Source of the DNA: Bacillota bacterium
GTDB lineage: Bacteria > Bacillota > JAAYKD01
Assembly: GCA_963666425.2 (NCBI GenBank)
Contig: CAXXTX010000013.1
Location: 1 to 21,972 of the forward strand
Reading direction: 5' to 3'
Length of the DNA stretch: 21,972 nucleotides
Position numbers and translations under genes: made by a program. A model generated the notes under the pieces. It ran no database searches. It was not told the origin of the DNA and worked only from the letters and a program-made list of their open reading frames with translations. Positions within the stretch are counted from its first letter, which is position 1. Each line of letters opens with the position of its first letter. Shown one piece after another: positions 1 through 9,624 of the stretch.

Positions 1-401
1 TGAACGGATTGCCGATCCATGCTGCGGTTCAGGCAGAACACTAATGGCAGCAGCAAAGATCAACCGGAATGCGTGGTTTTATGGAGCCGACATCGACCGG
101 ACCTGCGCCATGATGTGTTTGGTCAATATGTGCCTAAATGGAATGTTTGGCGAAGTTGCCCTGCATGGATACCCTTACCAACCATTTCTTCTCCGGCTGG
201 CAGGTGAATCCGCACCCGATAACAGGATCGCCTTACATTGTTCCAATTTCCGAAGACCAGAGTTATATGGTGCTGCAACTTCCGAAACACAAACAGGGAC
301 AGCCGAAGATCAAACAACCAGAGATGCCAGTTTTCGATCCTGTTGACTTACCAGTTCCTTCATATCAAAAGCCGGTTCAGCAACTGTTGTTTGATTTTTA
401 A
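1..401 (+). CDS. 3' part of an N-6 DNA methylase-family (SAM-dependent) protein; runs off the window start; one frameshift at ~161
   Basis: The frame from base 2 reads ERIADPCCGSGRTLMAAAK...FYGADID (SAM-binding motif I). After one extra C at ~161 it continues as CMDTLTNHFFSGWQV... to TAA at 399-401. Confidence 0.75.
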
Positions 402-420
402 AGCCCTTCGGGGCTTTTTT
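401..420 (+). terminator. Rho-independent terminator between converging genes
   Basis: AAGCCC-TTCG-GGGCTT hairpin followed by a T run, directly after the stop codon. Confidence 0.85.
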
Positions 421-472
421 ACTCCCGAAGAACTTTTAATTGCATTTAGCCTGAAAATAAGGCTCTAAGAAT

Positions 473-1895
473 TTACATTTTTCTTCCCTTTGATTTTCCC
501 GGTTTTTCAGGTTCCTGTTTGCTCTCCTCGGACTGTTTCTTTTCCTGTTTTTCAGCTTGCTTTTCGGTCGGTTGTGTTTGATCTTTTTTCAGAGGTTCAT
601 CAACCTTTTTCGTGGCTTCATTGGTTTTACCTTCCGTATTAACTTCCACTTGTGTTTTGCTAGCATTGTCGGGAGTGACTTCTTTAGCTTTCGACTTATC
701 GCGGTTCCATTTAAAGAAAGCCAGTTTCGAATTTTCGTTATCAACTTTAACGTAAGCGTTAAAATCCTGTCCCTGCCCATCCTTCATTCCACTGATATAA
801 ACAGTTTGCCCTTCCTGCAATTTGTTTCGCTGTTTCTCCGACAATTCAACCCCAAGCAATGTTTTTGGAATATTGACTTCTCCGTTTTGCTGACGTCCTT
901 GTTTTTGCTCATTCTGTTGGGTTTGTCCGGGTTGCTGGTCAAAACGGAATTCAACTCCTTTTTTATCAGCACTGATCTGAACGTGCGACGAAAATTCCTT
1001 TCCACTTTTTGCTGTCATCCCTTCCAGATAAACCGATTTGCCTTCCGCCAACTCTTGTTTCTGTTTATCATCGAGCGTAACCCCTTTGATGGTCTCAGGG
1101 ATTTTTAGTTTGTCTGCACGCAATGCAACCAATTCGTTGGTCAGCTTATCCAGGGAAATGAATACAGGTGTTTTTTCCCCTTGCTTGAATTCTGCATTGA
1201 CAATCCGGCCAAGATTTCCAGTTGTTTGCAGGTTTTTCTTGTCTTCGTCGGTAAACTTGACACCAAAATATGGCCGATCTAATTCAGGTTCTTTGCGAAT
1301 AGCGTGAATAGCCAAAGTCAGCTTGCCATCTGGCATTTCCCTGAAGGATAACCGGGCATCGGTTCGAAGTGTAGTGTCATCGAATTTGGCGGTAATGGGA
1401 ATCAAGACAGGCGATTTCTGCCAGTTCAGCATCGCATTCAGGCTTTTTGTCTTTTCCAGCATTTCGCGGTTTACCCCAATGCGTTCCAATTGAGACCAGT
1501 CAATCCGGCTCTCGTCAATGGTGTGGGTAGATTGCTTTTGTCCTGGTGTCGGAGGTTCAACCTTGTGCGTATCGATGGTTGCTTTATTGGCGGGGGCATC
1601 CGGCTTTTTAAATGCCTCCTGCAATTTTTATAGCCATTTCACTAACTTTCTCACCCGGAACTTTAAAGAATTGAAAGTGGGTTGGGTCTTTATATTGCCT
1701 CTGAAAATTCGACATGAAATTATCCAGCGCATTGCCGGATTTATCGATTCTCAGGAACTGTGGGCCTCATTTTCCGGTTTGGGTTCAACAGACTTTGGCA
1801 TCCCGTCTTTTTCAAGCCCCGAAACGACTTTCAATTTATCACTGTCTTTTTCTTTGACAAGCAGAAACGTCCTGGTTATTCAATTTTTCTTCCAT
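473..1895 (-). CDS. DUF4099/DUF3945 domain protein of Bacteroidota conjugative elements; 5' end frameshifted
   Basis: The 383-aa ORF has IDWSQLERIGV, TGNLGRIV, FISLDKLTNEL and repeated 'GV(T/E)L...L.EG..VY..GM' units. The upstream sequence reads MEEKLNNQDV..VKEKDSDKLKVVSG...FLRIDKSGNALDNFMSNFQRQYKDPTHFQFFKVP across about 3 indels from the ATG at 1895. Confidence 0.8.
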
Positions 1896-1937
1896 AATAC
1901 TTTTGATTTAAGTTGTTACATCACGATTAATGCAACT

Positions 1938-1945
1938 CAAATATA
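1938..1945 (-). promoter_or_regulatory. Bacteroidota sigma-A -7 element (TATATTTG) for the DUF3945 gene
   Basis: Matches TAnnTTTG, ~45 nt upstream of the inferred start codon. Confidence 0.6.
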
Positions 1946-2080
1946 AAGGGATGGACCACTGATGGTAAGTGTTTTTGTAATTATGAGGAAGGGGTTGGCC
2001 TCTGTTTGTCCGAACTTGGCTATGTTTCTTTGCCTGATGCATGTGTTTTCTATCGTAAGAAAAATAAATCTCATATTTTG

Positions 2081-2117
2081 TTTGCGATATTCACCGAAAT
2101 ATGTGTATTATTGCAAA
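2081..2117 (+). promoter_or_regulatory. Imperfect inverted repeat over the abiE promoter; candidate AbiEi operator
   Basis: TTTGCGATA(2081-2089)...TATTGCAAA(2109-2117), just upstream of ATG 2124. AbiEi proteins are known to autorepress through inverted repeats. Confidence 0.45.
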
Positions 2118-2123
2118 TGATAT

Positions 2124-2956
2124 ATGACTAAAAATAATTCATATAAGGTAAAAGATTGGGTGAACGATCTGCAAAAAACGTGGAAGATTGACGTTTTTCC
2201 AGGCAGGAAGTAGCGCAACAATTTCCATCACAAACTGAAGTTGCAGTCAGAAATATGCTCAATCGGTTTGGTGAATAAAGGTGATATTGTTTCTGTATGG
2301 AAAGGCTTTTACGTTATTGTCCCCCTTAAATACGCCAGCACGAAATATTGTTTCCACCTGAATTGTACGTAGATGATTTAATGCAGCATCTGGATCGTTT
2401 TGTATTATGTTGGATTGCTCAATGCTGCGGCTTTCTACGGAGCAGCAACATCAGCAACCGCAGGTGTTTTCGGTACTAAACTTGTTCCCCAGCGTTAAGG
2501 GACACCAATAAAAAGGGTATTCGGATTGCCTTTGCTGTCAAAAAAGAAAATTCAACAGTCTTTACTCAGACCATTCAAAACGGAAACAGGATATGTACAG
2601 GTTTTCTACACCCGAATTAACAGCAGCAGACCTGATAACCTATCAAAAAGAAGTTGGTGGTTTAAACCGCGTTTTCAACCGTTTTGAATGAACTGGCAGA
2701 GTCATTAAATTTCGACAACTTAAAGAGCGATTTCTTTGAAAATGTACCTGTGTCAACCATCCAGCGGCTTGGTTTCCTATTGGAGGAATGTATTGGAACA
2801 GCCTGAATTATCAAAATTGTTTGTTCCTGAAAGCGAAAGAAAATAAATGTATGTTTCAGAAAATTCCGCTTAAAAAGCGGAAAGCCAACAATATATTGCG
2901 ATATCAACGCAACATGGAAAGTAGTTGTTAACGAAGAAATAGAGATAGACGAATGA
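2124..2956 (+). CDS. abiEi: Type IV TA antitoxin, AbiEi family; multiply frameshifted and absent from the ORF track
   Basis: Piecewise translation gives MTKNNSYKVKDWVNDLQK...KGDIVSVWKGFYVIVP...YYVGLLNAAAFYGAA.QQPQVF...STPELTAADLITYQKEVGGLNR...IQRLGFLLE...WKVVVNEEIEIDE*. The stop overlaps the toxin start (ATGA, 2953-2956). Confidence 0.8.
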
Positions 2957-3747
2957 TACCCGAATCAGCAATATTGGAGTGGTCAAATGCCATTCCGTGG
3001 AAGAGTAATGCACAGATAGAACAAGATTTGATTATTTGCCGAGCGTTGGTTGAATTGTTCAATGACGAGTACTTGGCTTCGCACCTGGCTTTCAGGGGCG
3101 GAACAGCATTACATAAATTATACCTGCACCCCCCAACCTCGATATTCTGAAGATATCGATTTAGTTCAAATTAAGGCAGAACCCATCAAAGACACGATTG
3201 TCCGGATAAGTGAAGTGCTTTCGTGGCTGGGGAAGCCTGTTGTAAAGCAAAAGGCCAATAACAATACCCTAGTATTTCGTTTTGGAATCGGAAATGCCGC
3301 CAGTACTTCCCATCAGGTTGAAAGTGGAAACGAATTGTCGGGAAACACTTTAATGTTTTAGGTTTGATCAAACAGCAGTTCACAGTGCGTACACGATGGT
3401 ATTCTGGAACTTCCGATATAACAACATACTACCTTGAAGAGTTGTTGGGAACGAAAACTCCGTTGCTTTATACCAACGCCGCAAAGGACGCGACCTTTTC
3501 GATTTATATAAAGCCTTATCAACAAAAGAAATGGGACACGGGGAAAATTATCGAATGTTATCGCAGGTACATGGATTTTGTGGTAGATAAGCCGCCCACG
3601 CAAAAGGAATTTCTGTTGAATATGGAAGCTAAAATTGTAGATGAAGAATTTTTAGGCGATACCAATTTACTGCTGCGGCCGGAAGAAACTTATAATCCGC
3701 AAGTGGCCTACGAATTAGTGAAAAATCAATTGATTGAGAAATTATAG
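2953..3747 (+). CDS. abiEii: Type IV TA toxin, AbiEii/AbiGii nucleotidyltransferase; split by frameshifts
   Basis: QIEQDLIICRAL, LAFRGGTALHKLY, RYSEDIDLVQ, LKVE.N.RE, ELLGTK and RDLFD motifs spread over ORFs 2953-3150, 3050-3361 and 3364-3747. Confidence 0.88.
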
Positions 3748-3980
3748 GACACAAACTCTATATTCTTTTAAGGGAGTCTCCAGACGGAATGCTCCCATTT
3801 CTAAAGTCATGCTTTCTGAATACAAAGGAATTATCTTCTATACGCGAAAATATTGATCTAAAAGCAGAAATATTCTTTCATACTCGAAAATTTTGCAAGG
3901 TTTTACAAGGGGAAATAATCTTTTACTCAATCATTGCAGCTATTGTAGCTTTTTTAAAGTTCAGAAATGAACTTTTCATA

Positions 3981-4512
3981 TTATTTTCGTTGATATGTCA
4001 ATCGTATTGGTCCATTGTCATACGCAACATTTTTCAGATAATGTCCATTGTGAAAAAACTAAGCTTTTCTGGGGAATAATGGTTTTGTCATTACCATGAA
4101 TTATAGGGATTATAAACCAATTGGATTTCATCTGATTGGTCGAATAATTTTGAAATCGCACCACCTCCAATCAGCCAGATATCTTTTCCTGACAGCTGCT
4201 TTAGCCCTGGAAACAGTTTCAGAAAATATCATCAGTTACAAACCGGATATTATCTTTCTGATTTTCGTTCAAAAACTGTGAAATAACATACGTGACTTTG
4301 TCTTTGTATGGCCAGATGACATCGAGAGATAAAATGTCGTTGTACAAGAGTTCATCCATGATAATTATATCAGTGGAATTGAAAAACTCTTTGTACCCGT
4401 AGTCATTTTTTGAAGGATTGGGAAATTCAGCGAACCACTTAATATCATCATCCCAGGGGCAGGCAATATAACCGTCGATTGATGCAATGATATAGAACTT
4501 TACTTTTTTCAT
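3981..4512 (-). CDS. Dihydrofolate reductase / RibD C-terminal family protein; frameshifted
   Basis: N-terminus YIIASIDGYIA. Beyond the called ORF other frames give GKDIWLIGGG, IIPIIHG..PLFP and AYDNGPIRLTYQRK*, with the stop at 3981-3983. Confidence 0.8.
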
Positions 4513-4569
4513 ATTCCCCAGACATTTATTCGTTCAACAATCCATTTTTGTTGTCCGCCAAGGCCTCAT

Positions 4570-4720
4570 GAAAAAGCGTGGAACTCACACTGATCCGTCA
4601 CGAGGTACTGGTTACCTAAAGAAGAAAACAGGCAAGCCCACGCCATACTTTCGTATAGCATGAACATTGCGCGTCAGTCTCTCTTCTTTTTGAAAATTAC
4701 CAGTTTTCGTGACGAGACGT
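4570..4720 (-). ncRNA. Candidate structured cis-regulatory leader RNA upstream of the DHFR-family gene
   Basis: Long-range pair CGTCACGAAAACTGGTAA / TAACCAGTACCTCGTGACG, inner hairpin CATGCTATAC-GAAA-GTATGGCGTG, and an alternative pairing GCGTGGGCTT / GAGTTCCACGC followed by a U run. Confidence 0.5.
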
Positions 4721-4783
4721 TCAGCGAACGTTATGTCTATATATTAGCGGTACTTAGACCGCGATAATTCTTATTGTTATTTG

Positions 4784-4791
4784 CAAAGATA
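4784..4791 (-). promoter_or_regulatory. -7 element TATCTTTG driving the leader and DHFR-family gene
   Basis: Perfect TAnnTTTG match followed by CA, implying a ~265-nt 5' leader. Confidence 0.65.
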
Positions 4792-4847
4792 ATGATGTTT
4801 CCGAAGGTTAGAGGTAGTTGTCTTAATTCATTATAGATTTGTAAAAA

Positions 4848-4901
4848 TCAGGTGCAAGGTGCAAGCACATCTATATATAGATGCTTGCACCTTGCACCTG
4901 A
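4848..4901. repeat. 54-bp near-perfect palindrome with internal GGTGCAA tandem repeats and a TATATATA centre
   Basis: TCAGGTGCAAGGTGCAAGC-AC-ATCTATATATAGAT-GCTTGCACCTTGCACCTGA. Confidence 0.92.
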
Positions 4902-4925
4902 GATAAAAAACTGATGTTCAATCTG

Positions 4926-4955
4926 TTTGTTTGTCAAAAATAAATTGTAAATTTG
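4926..4955 (+). promoter_or_regulatory. Rightward promoter (-33 TTTG, -7 TAAATTTG) with no downstream ORF
   Basis: TTTG at 4926-4929 and TAAATTTG at 4948-4955. Confidence 0.5.
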
Positions 4956-5077
4956 AACCTGAGATCGATGCAGACACGCGATTGTCAAAGGCAGACAGAA
5001 TTAGAATAGCACAGTGTCCAGATCGTACCCCTTATAGGGAATAAAAATGGTAATATGTTGATATTGAAATAAGTATC

Positions 5078-5107
5078 CTTGGAGGTTAAATCCCCAACTG
5101 GGTCACT
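5078..5107 (+). mobile_element. Probable att site: degenerate tRNA 3' end (T-arm plus acceptor strand)
   Basis: TTGGAGGTTAAATCCCCAACTGGGTCACT resembles a T-stem/loop followed by an acceptor 3' strand. There is no D or anticodon arm upstream. It lies at a change in gene content and base composition. Confidence 0.45.
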
Positions 5108-5118
5108 TTTAAAAACTT

Positions 5119-5153
5119 TAAAGCTCTGTAATAGAAATAATTACAGAGCTTTA
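5119..5153. terminator. 14-bp stem hairpin, probably a bidirectional terminator
   Basis: TAAAGCTCTGTAAT-7 nt-ATTACAGAGCTTTA, flanked by A and T runs. Confidence 0.75.
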
Positions 5154-5220
5154 GTTTTATTAGGGAACACTGTGGGGGACAGACGAACTTAAAACTAACA
5201 CTAAGCCGTTGTTAAATTAA

Positions 5221-6237
5221 TTATCTAATAATTCCATTTCTTCTTGCTTCAAATAAATAGTTAAACTCGGTTGTTTTGTTTGGCTTACTTACCACATTAT
5301 CAATAAGTTTTCCTAAAACTAGAACAGAACTAATCCCAATACCGATTTTAGGATCAATTGCAGTTGTGATTATTCCGGCTTGAATAAGTGAGGCGAACAA
5401 TTTAGGGTTTTCGATTCCAAATAAGGAATCAAAAGAAGTAAGAATAGTTTTTATTTTATTTTTTGAATACAGTTTACCTAAATCATGCAATTCAACTTCT
5501 ATTGTTTCTTTTAATGATAATAAAGCTTCTTTCACATCCGCAGAATCTCTACACATTTTTAACTTATCTTGAGTTTTAGCATAGAAAGCTCTAAATTTTA
5601 ATAAGTCTTGTTTATGAGTATTTTTAAATTTAATTATATCCGAAATTTCTACTGTGATATCAGGGATCGGAAGACAATTTTTAAATATTAGGTTAAAAGC
5701 CATATCTGATTGTATTCCATTAACAAAAGATATTTCACTAAATCGTTTGTAATTTGTTGATGGTATCACTAAATCGGTTTCCACTACGTCAGCAACAAAT
5801 TTTGCTAAAACTGACATATAATAAATTGCCACATTTTCTGGAAGATATATTTTACCGTCTTTTTGACCTTTCATTATACCTCTATGTTCTAATTCTAATA
5901 TAATTCTTTGGGATAGTTTACTTGTAAAAAGAGAATCAACTGATTTTTTTCGAATCGCAGCTGAACTAGCAGTAAAAATCCAGAGATTATTCTCAAGCTC
6001 ATTTAAAAATTTTTCTGCAAACAATTCATATTTAACATGATTTTGCCAAATCACATCTTCAATATAAATAGGACTATATTCCCCTTCGCCAAATAGATAT
6101 TTTAATGATTCTGGTAATTGTGATTCATTTTTGAATGGTAAAATTGATGAGACTTTATCACTATAAAGCACTGCTTCCCTTAACCAACTTTCATTCGGAA
6201 ATTCAATGGTAGGGTAATACAAAAAAATTCTTTCCAT
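5221..6237 (-). CDS. Hypothetical protein, DUF6236-like; AT-rich cargo gene
   Basis: Intact 338-aa ORF. The N-terminal LYYPTIEFPNESWLREAVLYSDKVSSILP, the YMSVLA motif and LPIP...IIKFK...LLKFR match this family's pattern. Gly-rich hydrophobic segment near the C-terminus. Confidence 0.6.
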   Translation of the reverse strand: MERIFLYYPTIEFPNESWLREAVLYSDKVSSILPFKNESQLPESLKYLFGEGEYSPIYIEDVIWQNHVKYELFAEKFLNELENNLWIFTASSAAIRKKSVDSLFTSKLSQRIILELEHRGIMKGQKDGKIYLPENVAIYYMSVLAKFVADVVETDLVIPSTNYKRFSEISFVNGIQSDMAFNLIFKNCLPIPDITVEISDIIKFKNTHKQDLLKFRAFYAKTQDKLKMCRDSADVKEALLSLKETIEVELHDLGKLYSKNKIKTILTSFDSLFGIENPKLFASLIQAGIITTAIDPKIGIGISSVLVLGKLIDNVVSKPNKTTEFNYLFEARRNGIIR

Positions 6238-6330
6238 AGTTGATAATAATTTAAATTTGTACGTTTAATTTATTTATACTTTCTGACTACATTTTTAATC
6301 TTTGAAAATATAGTCAATTAGTATATTTGT

Positions 6331-6978
6331 CTAAATCATTAAATCTTCTCCACTAATTTTATTCATTTCATAATCCTTATTATACTTCGGCACTTTATAA
6401 TATTTCTTTATTCCTTGATCCAATTCATTATCAAAGCCCAATCCATTATGATATTCAGCATCAAATATATCTCCCATGCCATTAAAAGTTACAAATAAAT
6501 CATCAACATGTGCATATTTTTTAAAATTCAAAATATCATTTATAAAATAACCACACATATCCAATTCATCGCTACAAACTAAATGTTCATGATAAGGTTC
6601 TCTATATCTCAAATATTCTATAAATTGACTGGCAGCCTTGTCTTTTTTTATTTTTTTTAAAATAAGAACAAATGCTTCCAAATCGTCAATGCATACGGAC
6701 CATGGGTATACCGATTCTTCATCCTTTTTTAATAGACTTTCAAGATTTGTTTGAATTCCTCCGTACTTAAATTGAGTTACGATGATTGAAAAATAATCGT
6801 TTATGTGGGAAGGCGTTATCTCATGAAGAGTTTTTTTTGTTTTATGATCATAAATTTTAAATGAAACACCTTCTGCAATTTTATTTTCTACTCTTTTACA
6901 TTGGTCATATCCATTCTGAATAGATTTTTTGAAATCTGTCTTAATTTTATCATAAGCTTTTATGGGATCTCGCATTGG
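6331..6978 (-). pseudogene. 3' remnant of an AT-rich hypothetical gene (possibly NERD/nuclease-like), truncated by IS21
   Basis: The first 12 codons of the called ORF (6979-7014) are IS sequence. Native sequence begins PMRDPIKAYDKIKTDFKKSIQNGYDQC. Confidence 0.7.
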
Positions 6979-6993
6979 TGGAAAATCCGCTCT

Positions 6994-7076
6994 AAATTGA
7001 CCCCTTCGCGCCAATTTAAAATGACCCCCTCCGCCAGGGCAAAATGACCCCCATTGGCCGAAGTAAGTTGACCCCC
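6994..7076 (+). repeat. Four subterminal AA(A/G)(A/T)TGACCCC repeats about 23 bp apart (transposase-binding sites)
   Basis: aaattgacccc, aaaatgacccc (x2) and aagttgacccc. Two inverted copies occur at the right end (ggggtcagttt ~9576, ggggatcagttt ~9599). Confidence 0.85.
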
Positions 7077-7160
7077 TAAAAAAGGAAAAGAAAAGCCTTA
7101 TCGGATTGGATATAAAAGTTACTTTTTGTTTGAGTCAAAAAACAAAAAACTTTCATCATT

Positions 7161-8707
7161 ATGTCCAATAATCCGATTAGTATGCAAAAGCTAAGACAAG
7201 TCATTCGTTTGTATGGTCAGGGCAAAGGCACCAAGTCCATCAACAGTATGTTGGGCGTTTCGCGCAACACGATTAAGAAGTATTTACAGGTTTACCACAG
7301 TTCGGGTATCAATTATGAGTCCTTTCTGGCCATGAGCGACGAAGAACTCTCCGCCGTTTTTCTGGTATCCCGGCCTAATGTACCCAAGACCGAACGCCAG
7401 CAAGAGTTGGAGTTGCTCCTTCCGGGGATATGTAAGCAACTCAAGCGAAAAGGCGTTACCCGGGAACAACTGCACCGGGAGTATCTTGAAAAGCACCCCG
7501 GGGGTTTTGGCCGTTCGCGTTTCAACAATTACATTTACATGTACCTGGGTCAATCCCATCCGGTGATGCACATCGAACACAAAGCCGGAGAAAAGATGTT
7601 CATCGACTTCGCCGGTAAAAAACTCTCCATCGTGGACAAAGATGGAGTAATCGTTTTCGTTGAAGTGTTCGTGGCTATCCTGGGATGCAGCCAGCTTACT
7701 TACGTAGAAGCGGTTGCTACCCAAAAGAAAGAGGATCTGATCAAGGCCTGCGAAAACGCTTTGCATTACTATGAAGGGGTTCCACAAGTCATTGTTCCGG
7801 ATAACCTGAGGTCTGCCGTTACCAGGGGGAGTAAATACGAAGCGGTCATCAACCCCGAGTTTGCCTGCTTTGCCGAACACTATGCCACCACCGTTCTGCC
7901 GGCAAGAGTTTATAAGCCACGGGACAAATCCCTGGTTGAAGGCGCTGTAAAGCTGATTTACCGAAGTATTTACACAAAGCTGGAAGAACGTACATTCCAC
8001 GACCTGGAAAGCCTCAATGCAGCCCTGCGTGTGGCATTGGAGATACACAACAATACACCCTTCTCCAAAAGGGACTACGGACGCAGGGAACAGTTTGAGG
8101 ATATTGAACGCTCTGCCCTGGGCAAGCTCAACCCGTTCCGTTACGAACTCAAGGAGCAGGCCATTGTGACAGTAATGAAAAACGGTTATGTGCGCCTGTC
8201 GAAGGATGTCCACTATTACAGCGTGCCTTACAACTATATCGGCAAGAAGGTAAAAATCCTTTATACCACAAAGGAAGTTGAAGTCTATTACCGTTACGAG
8301 CTGATTGCCAGACATCCCCGTTTGCAAAGGCGTTACCAATACTCCACACAGGCTGACCACCTGGCATCGCAACACCAGTTTCTGACCGAATGGAGTCCCG
8401 ACAAGTTCCTTTCCCAAGCCCGGGAGATACATGAAGATGTGGAACACTATATCGGGCGTGTGTACTGGAAGTGAAACCTTACCCGGAACAGGCCTACAAG
8501 TCCTGTCAGGGAATCCTGAGTTTTGCCCGCAGGGTTGGAACCGACCGCCTGATAGATGCCTGCCGGTGGGCTGACAACTTCGGACAATACAGCTACCTTA
8601 CCATCGAAGAGATTCTGCGCAAACGGCTGGACCGCTTAGAACCGGGCGAGGACTCCCCGCATATCCCAACCCATGAAAACATCAGGGGGAAAGAGTATTA
8701 TCAATAA
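7161..8707 (+). CDS. istA: IS21 transposase IstA; frameshift at ~8460
   Basis: N-terminal HTH (LGVSRNTIKKYL) and DDE residues in FIDFAG, VPDNLRSAV and KSLVEGAV. An extra GT in CGTGTGTA splits off the C-terminus KPYPEQAYKSCQG...HENIRGKEYYQ. Confidence 0.93.
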
Positions 8708-8736
8708 CTATTTATAAACGTTTTAATACAAGAAAA

Positions 8737-9483
8737 ATGAACAAAGAAACATTGGACAAAATGCGACAGATGCGCTTATTGGGCATGTATGAGGCATTCA
8801 AAACCAGCCTGGAATCTTCCATCAAGGAAACACTCACTCCAGATCAGTTGGTATCACTTCTGATTACCAGCGAATGGGACGACCGCCGCAACCGCAACAT
8901 CGACCGGGCGTTGAAAATGGCAAACTTCCGTTATAAGGCATCGATGGAAGAGTTGGACTACACCGTGGAACGTGGATTGGACAAAAACCAGTTCCATCGC
9001 CTGGCAAGCCTTGATTTTGTCAGGGAGCATAAAGATCTGTTTATTACAGGCTCCACCGGAACAGGGAAAAGTTACCTGGCTACTGCCCTGGGGTATCAGG
9101 CCTGCCAGATGGGTTACAGGGTCTTGTATGCTTCCACGGCCAAACTCATGGGACAACTTAAGCTGGCAAAGGCTAAAGGTACAATACTGGCCGAACTTAA
9201 AAAGATTGAACGGCAGGACCTGTTGATACTTGATGATTTTGGATTGCAACCCTTCGATTCGCAGTCAAGGGTTGTATTACTGGATATTATAGAAGACAGG
9301 TATGAAAAACGTTCGACCATCATTACTTCTCAGATACCGGTCAAAGAGTGGTATGACATTATCGGTGAAAAAACCATTGCCGATGCCATACTGGACCGAA
9401 TAGTCCATCAATCGTTAAGAGTGGAATTGTTCGGGGAATCTCTCAGAAGAAGAAAAGGCAAAACAGAATCCATATATTTGTAA
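8737..9483 (+). CDS. istB: IS21 helper AAA+ ATPase IstB
   Basis: Walker A GSTGTGKS, Walker B LLILDDFG, then TSQ and DAILDRIVH. Confidence 0.96.
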   Translation: MNKETLDKMRQMRLLGMYEAFKTSLESSIKETLTPDQLVSLLITSEWDDRRNRNIDRALKMANFRYKASMEELDYTVERGLDKNQFHRLASLDFVREHKDLFITGSTGTGKSYLATALGYQACQMGYRVLYASTAKLMGQLKLAKAKGTILAELKKIERQDLLILDDFGLQPFDSQSRVVLLDIIEDRYEKRSTIITSQIPVKEWYDIIGEKTIADAILDRIVHQSLRVELFGESLRRRKGKTESIYL

Positions 9484-9624
9484 AAATTTTGATGTAAAAT
9501 AATGACAAAAATGATGACTGTTTTATATCCTAATTTGACTACGCTTTTTTATCCTTTTTGACCAACCAACTTCAAGGGGTCAGTTTGCTTCGGCGAAAGG
9601 GGATCAGTTTAATCGGTATATCCA

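Larger units (their letters stand above)
6979..9624 (+). mobile_element. IS21-family insertion sequence
   Basis: TG...CA ends. Left end TGGAAAATCCGCTCTAAATTGACCCC versus reverse complement of right end TGGATATACCGATTAAACTGATCCCC. Multiple subterminal TGACCCC repeats, plus istA and istB. Confidence 0.93.

Noticed and set aside
557-1946. Plus-strand ORFs 557-1108, 1038-1307 and 1518-1946
   Set aside because: Phe/Leu/Ser-rich shadows of the Lys/Glu-rich DUF3945 gene on the opposite strand.
3789-4281. Plus-strand ORFs of 96 aa and 61 aa
   Set aside because: They overlap the frameshifted DHFR-family gene on the opposite strand and have no motifs.
5040-5110. Complete tRNA gene
   Set aside because: Only a degenerate T-arm and acceptor 3' strand are present; no D or anticodon arm.
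6979-7014. N-terminus of the called 227-aa ORF as a genuine start
   Set aside because: These codons lie inside the IS left end.
6994-7076. Regularly spaced repeats resembling a mini-CRISPR
   Set aside because: The ~23-bp period is too short, there are no cas genes, and they are explained as IS21 subterminal repeats.
7284-8447. 387-aa minus-strand ORF
   Set aside because: Antisense shadow of istA with no recognisable motifs.
8455-8475. Programmed frameshift in istA
   Set aside because: No slippery heptamer; an extra GT in a dinucleotide run fits an error or mutation.
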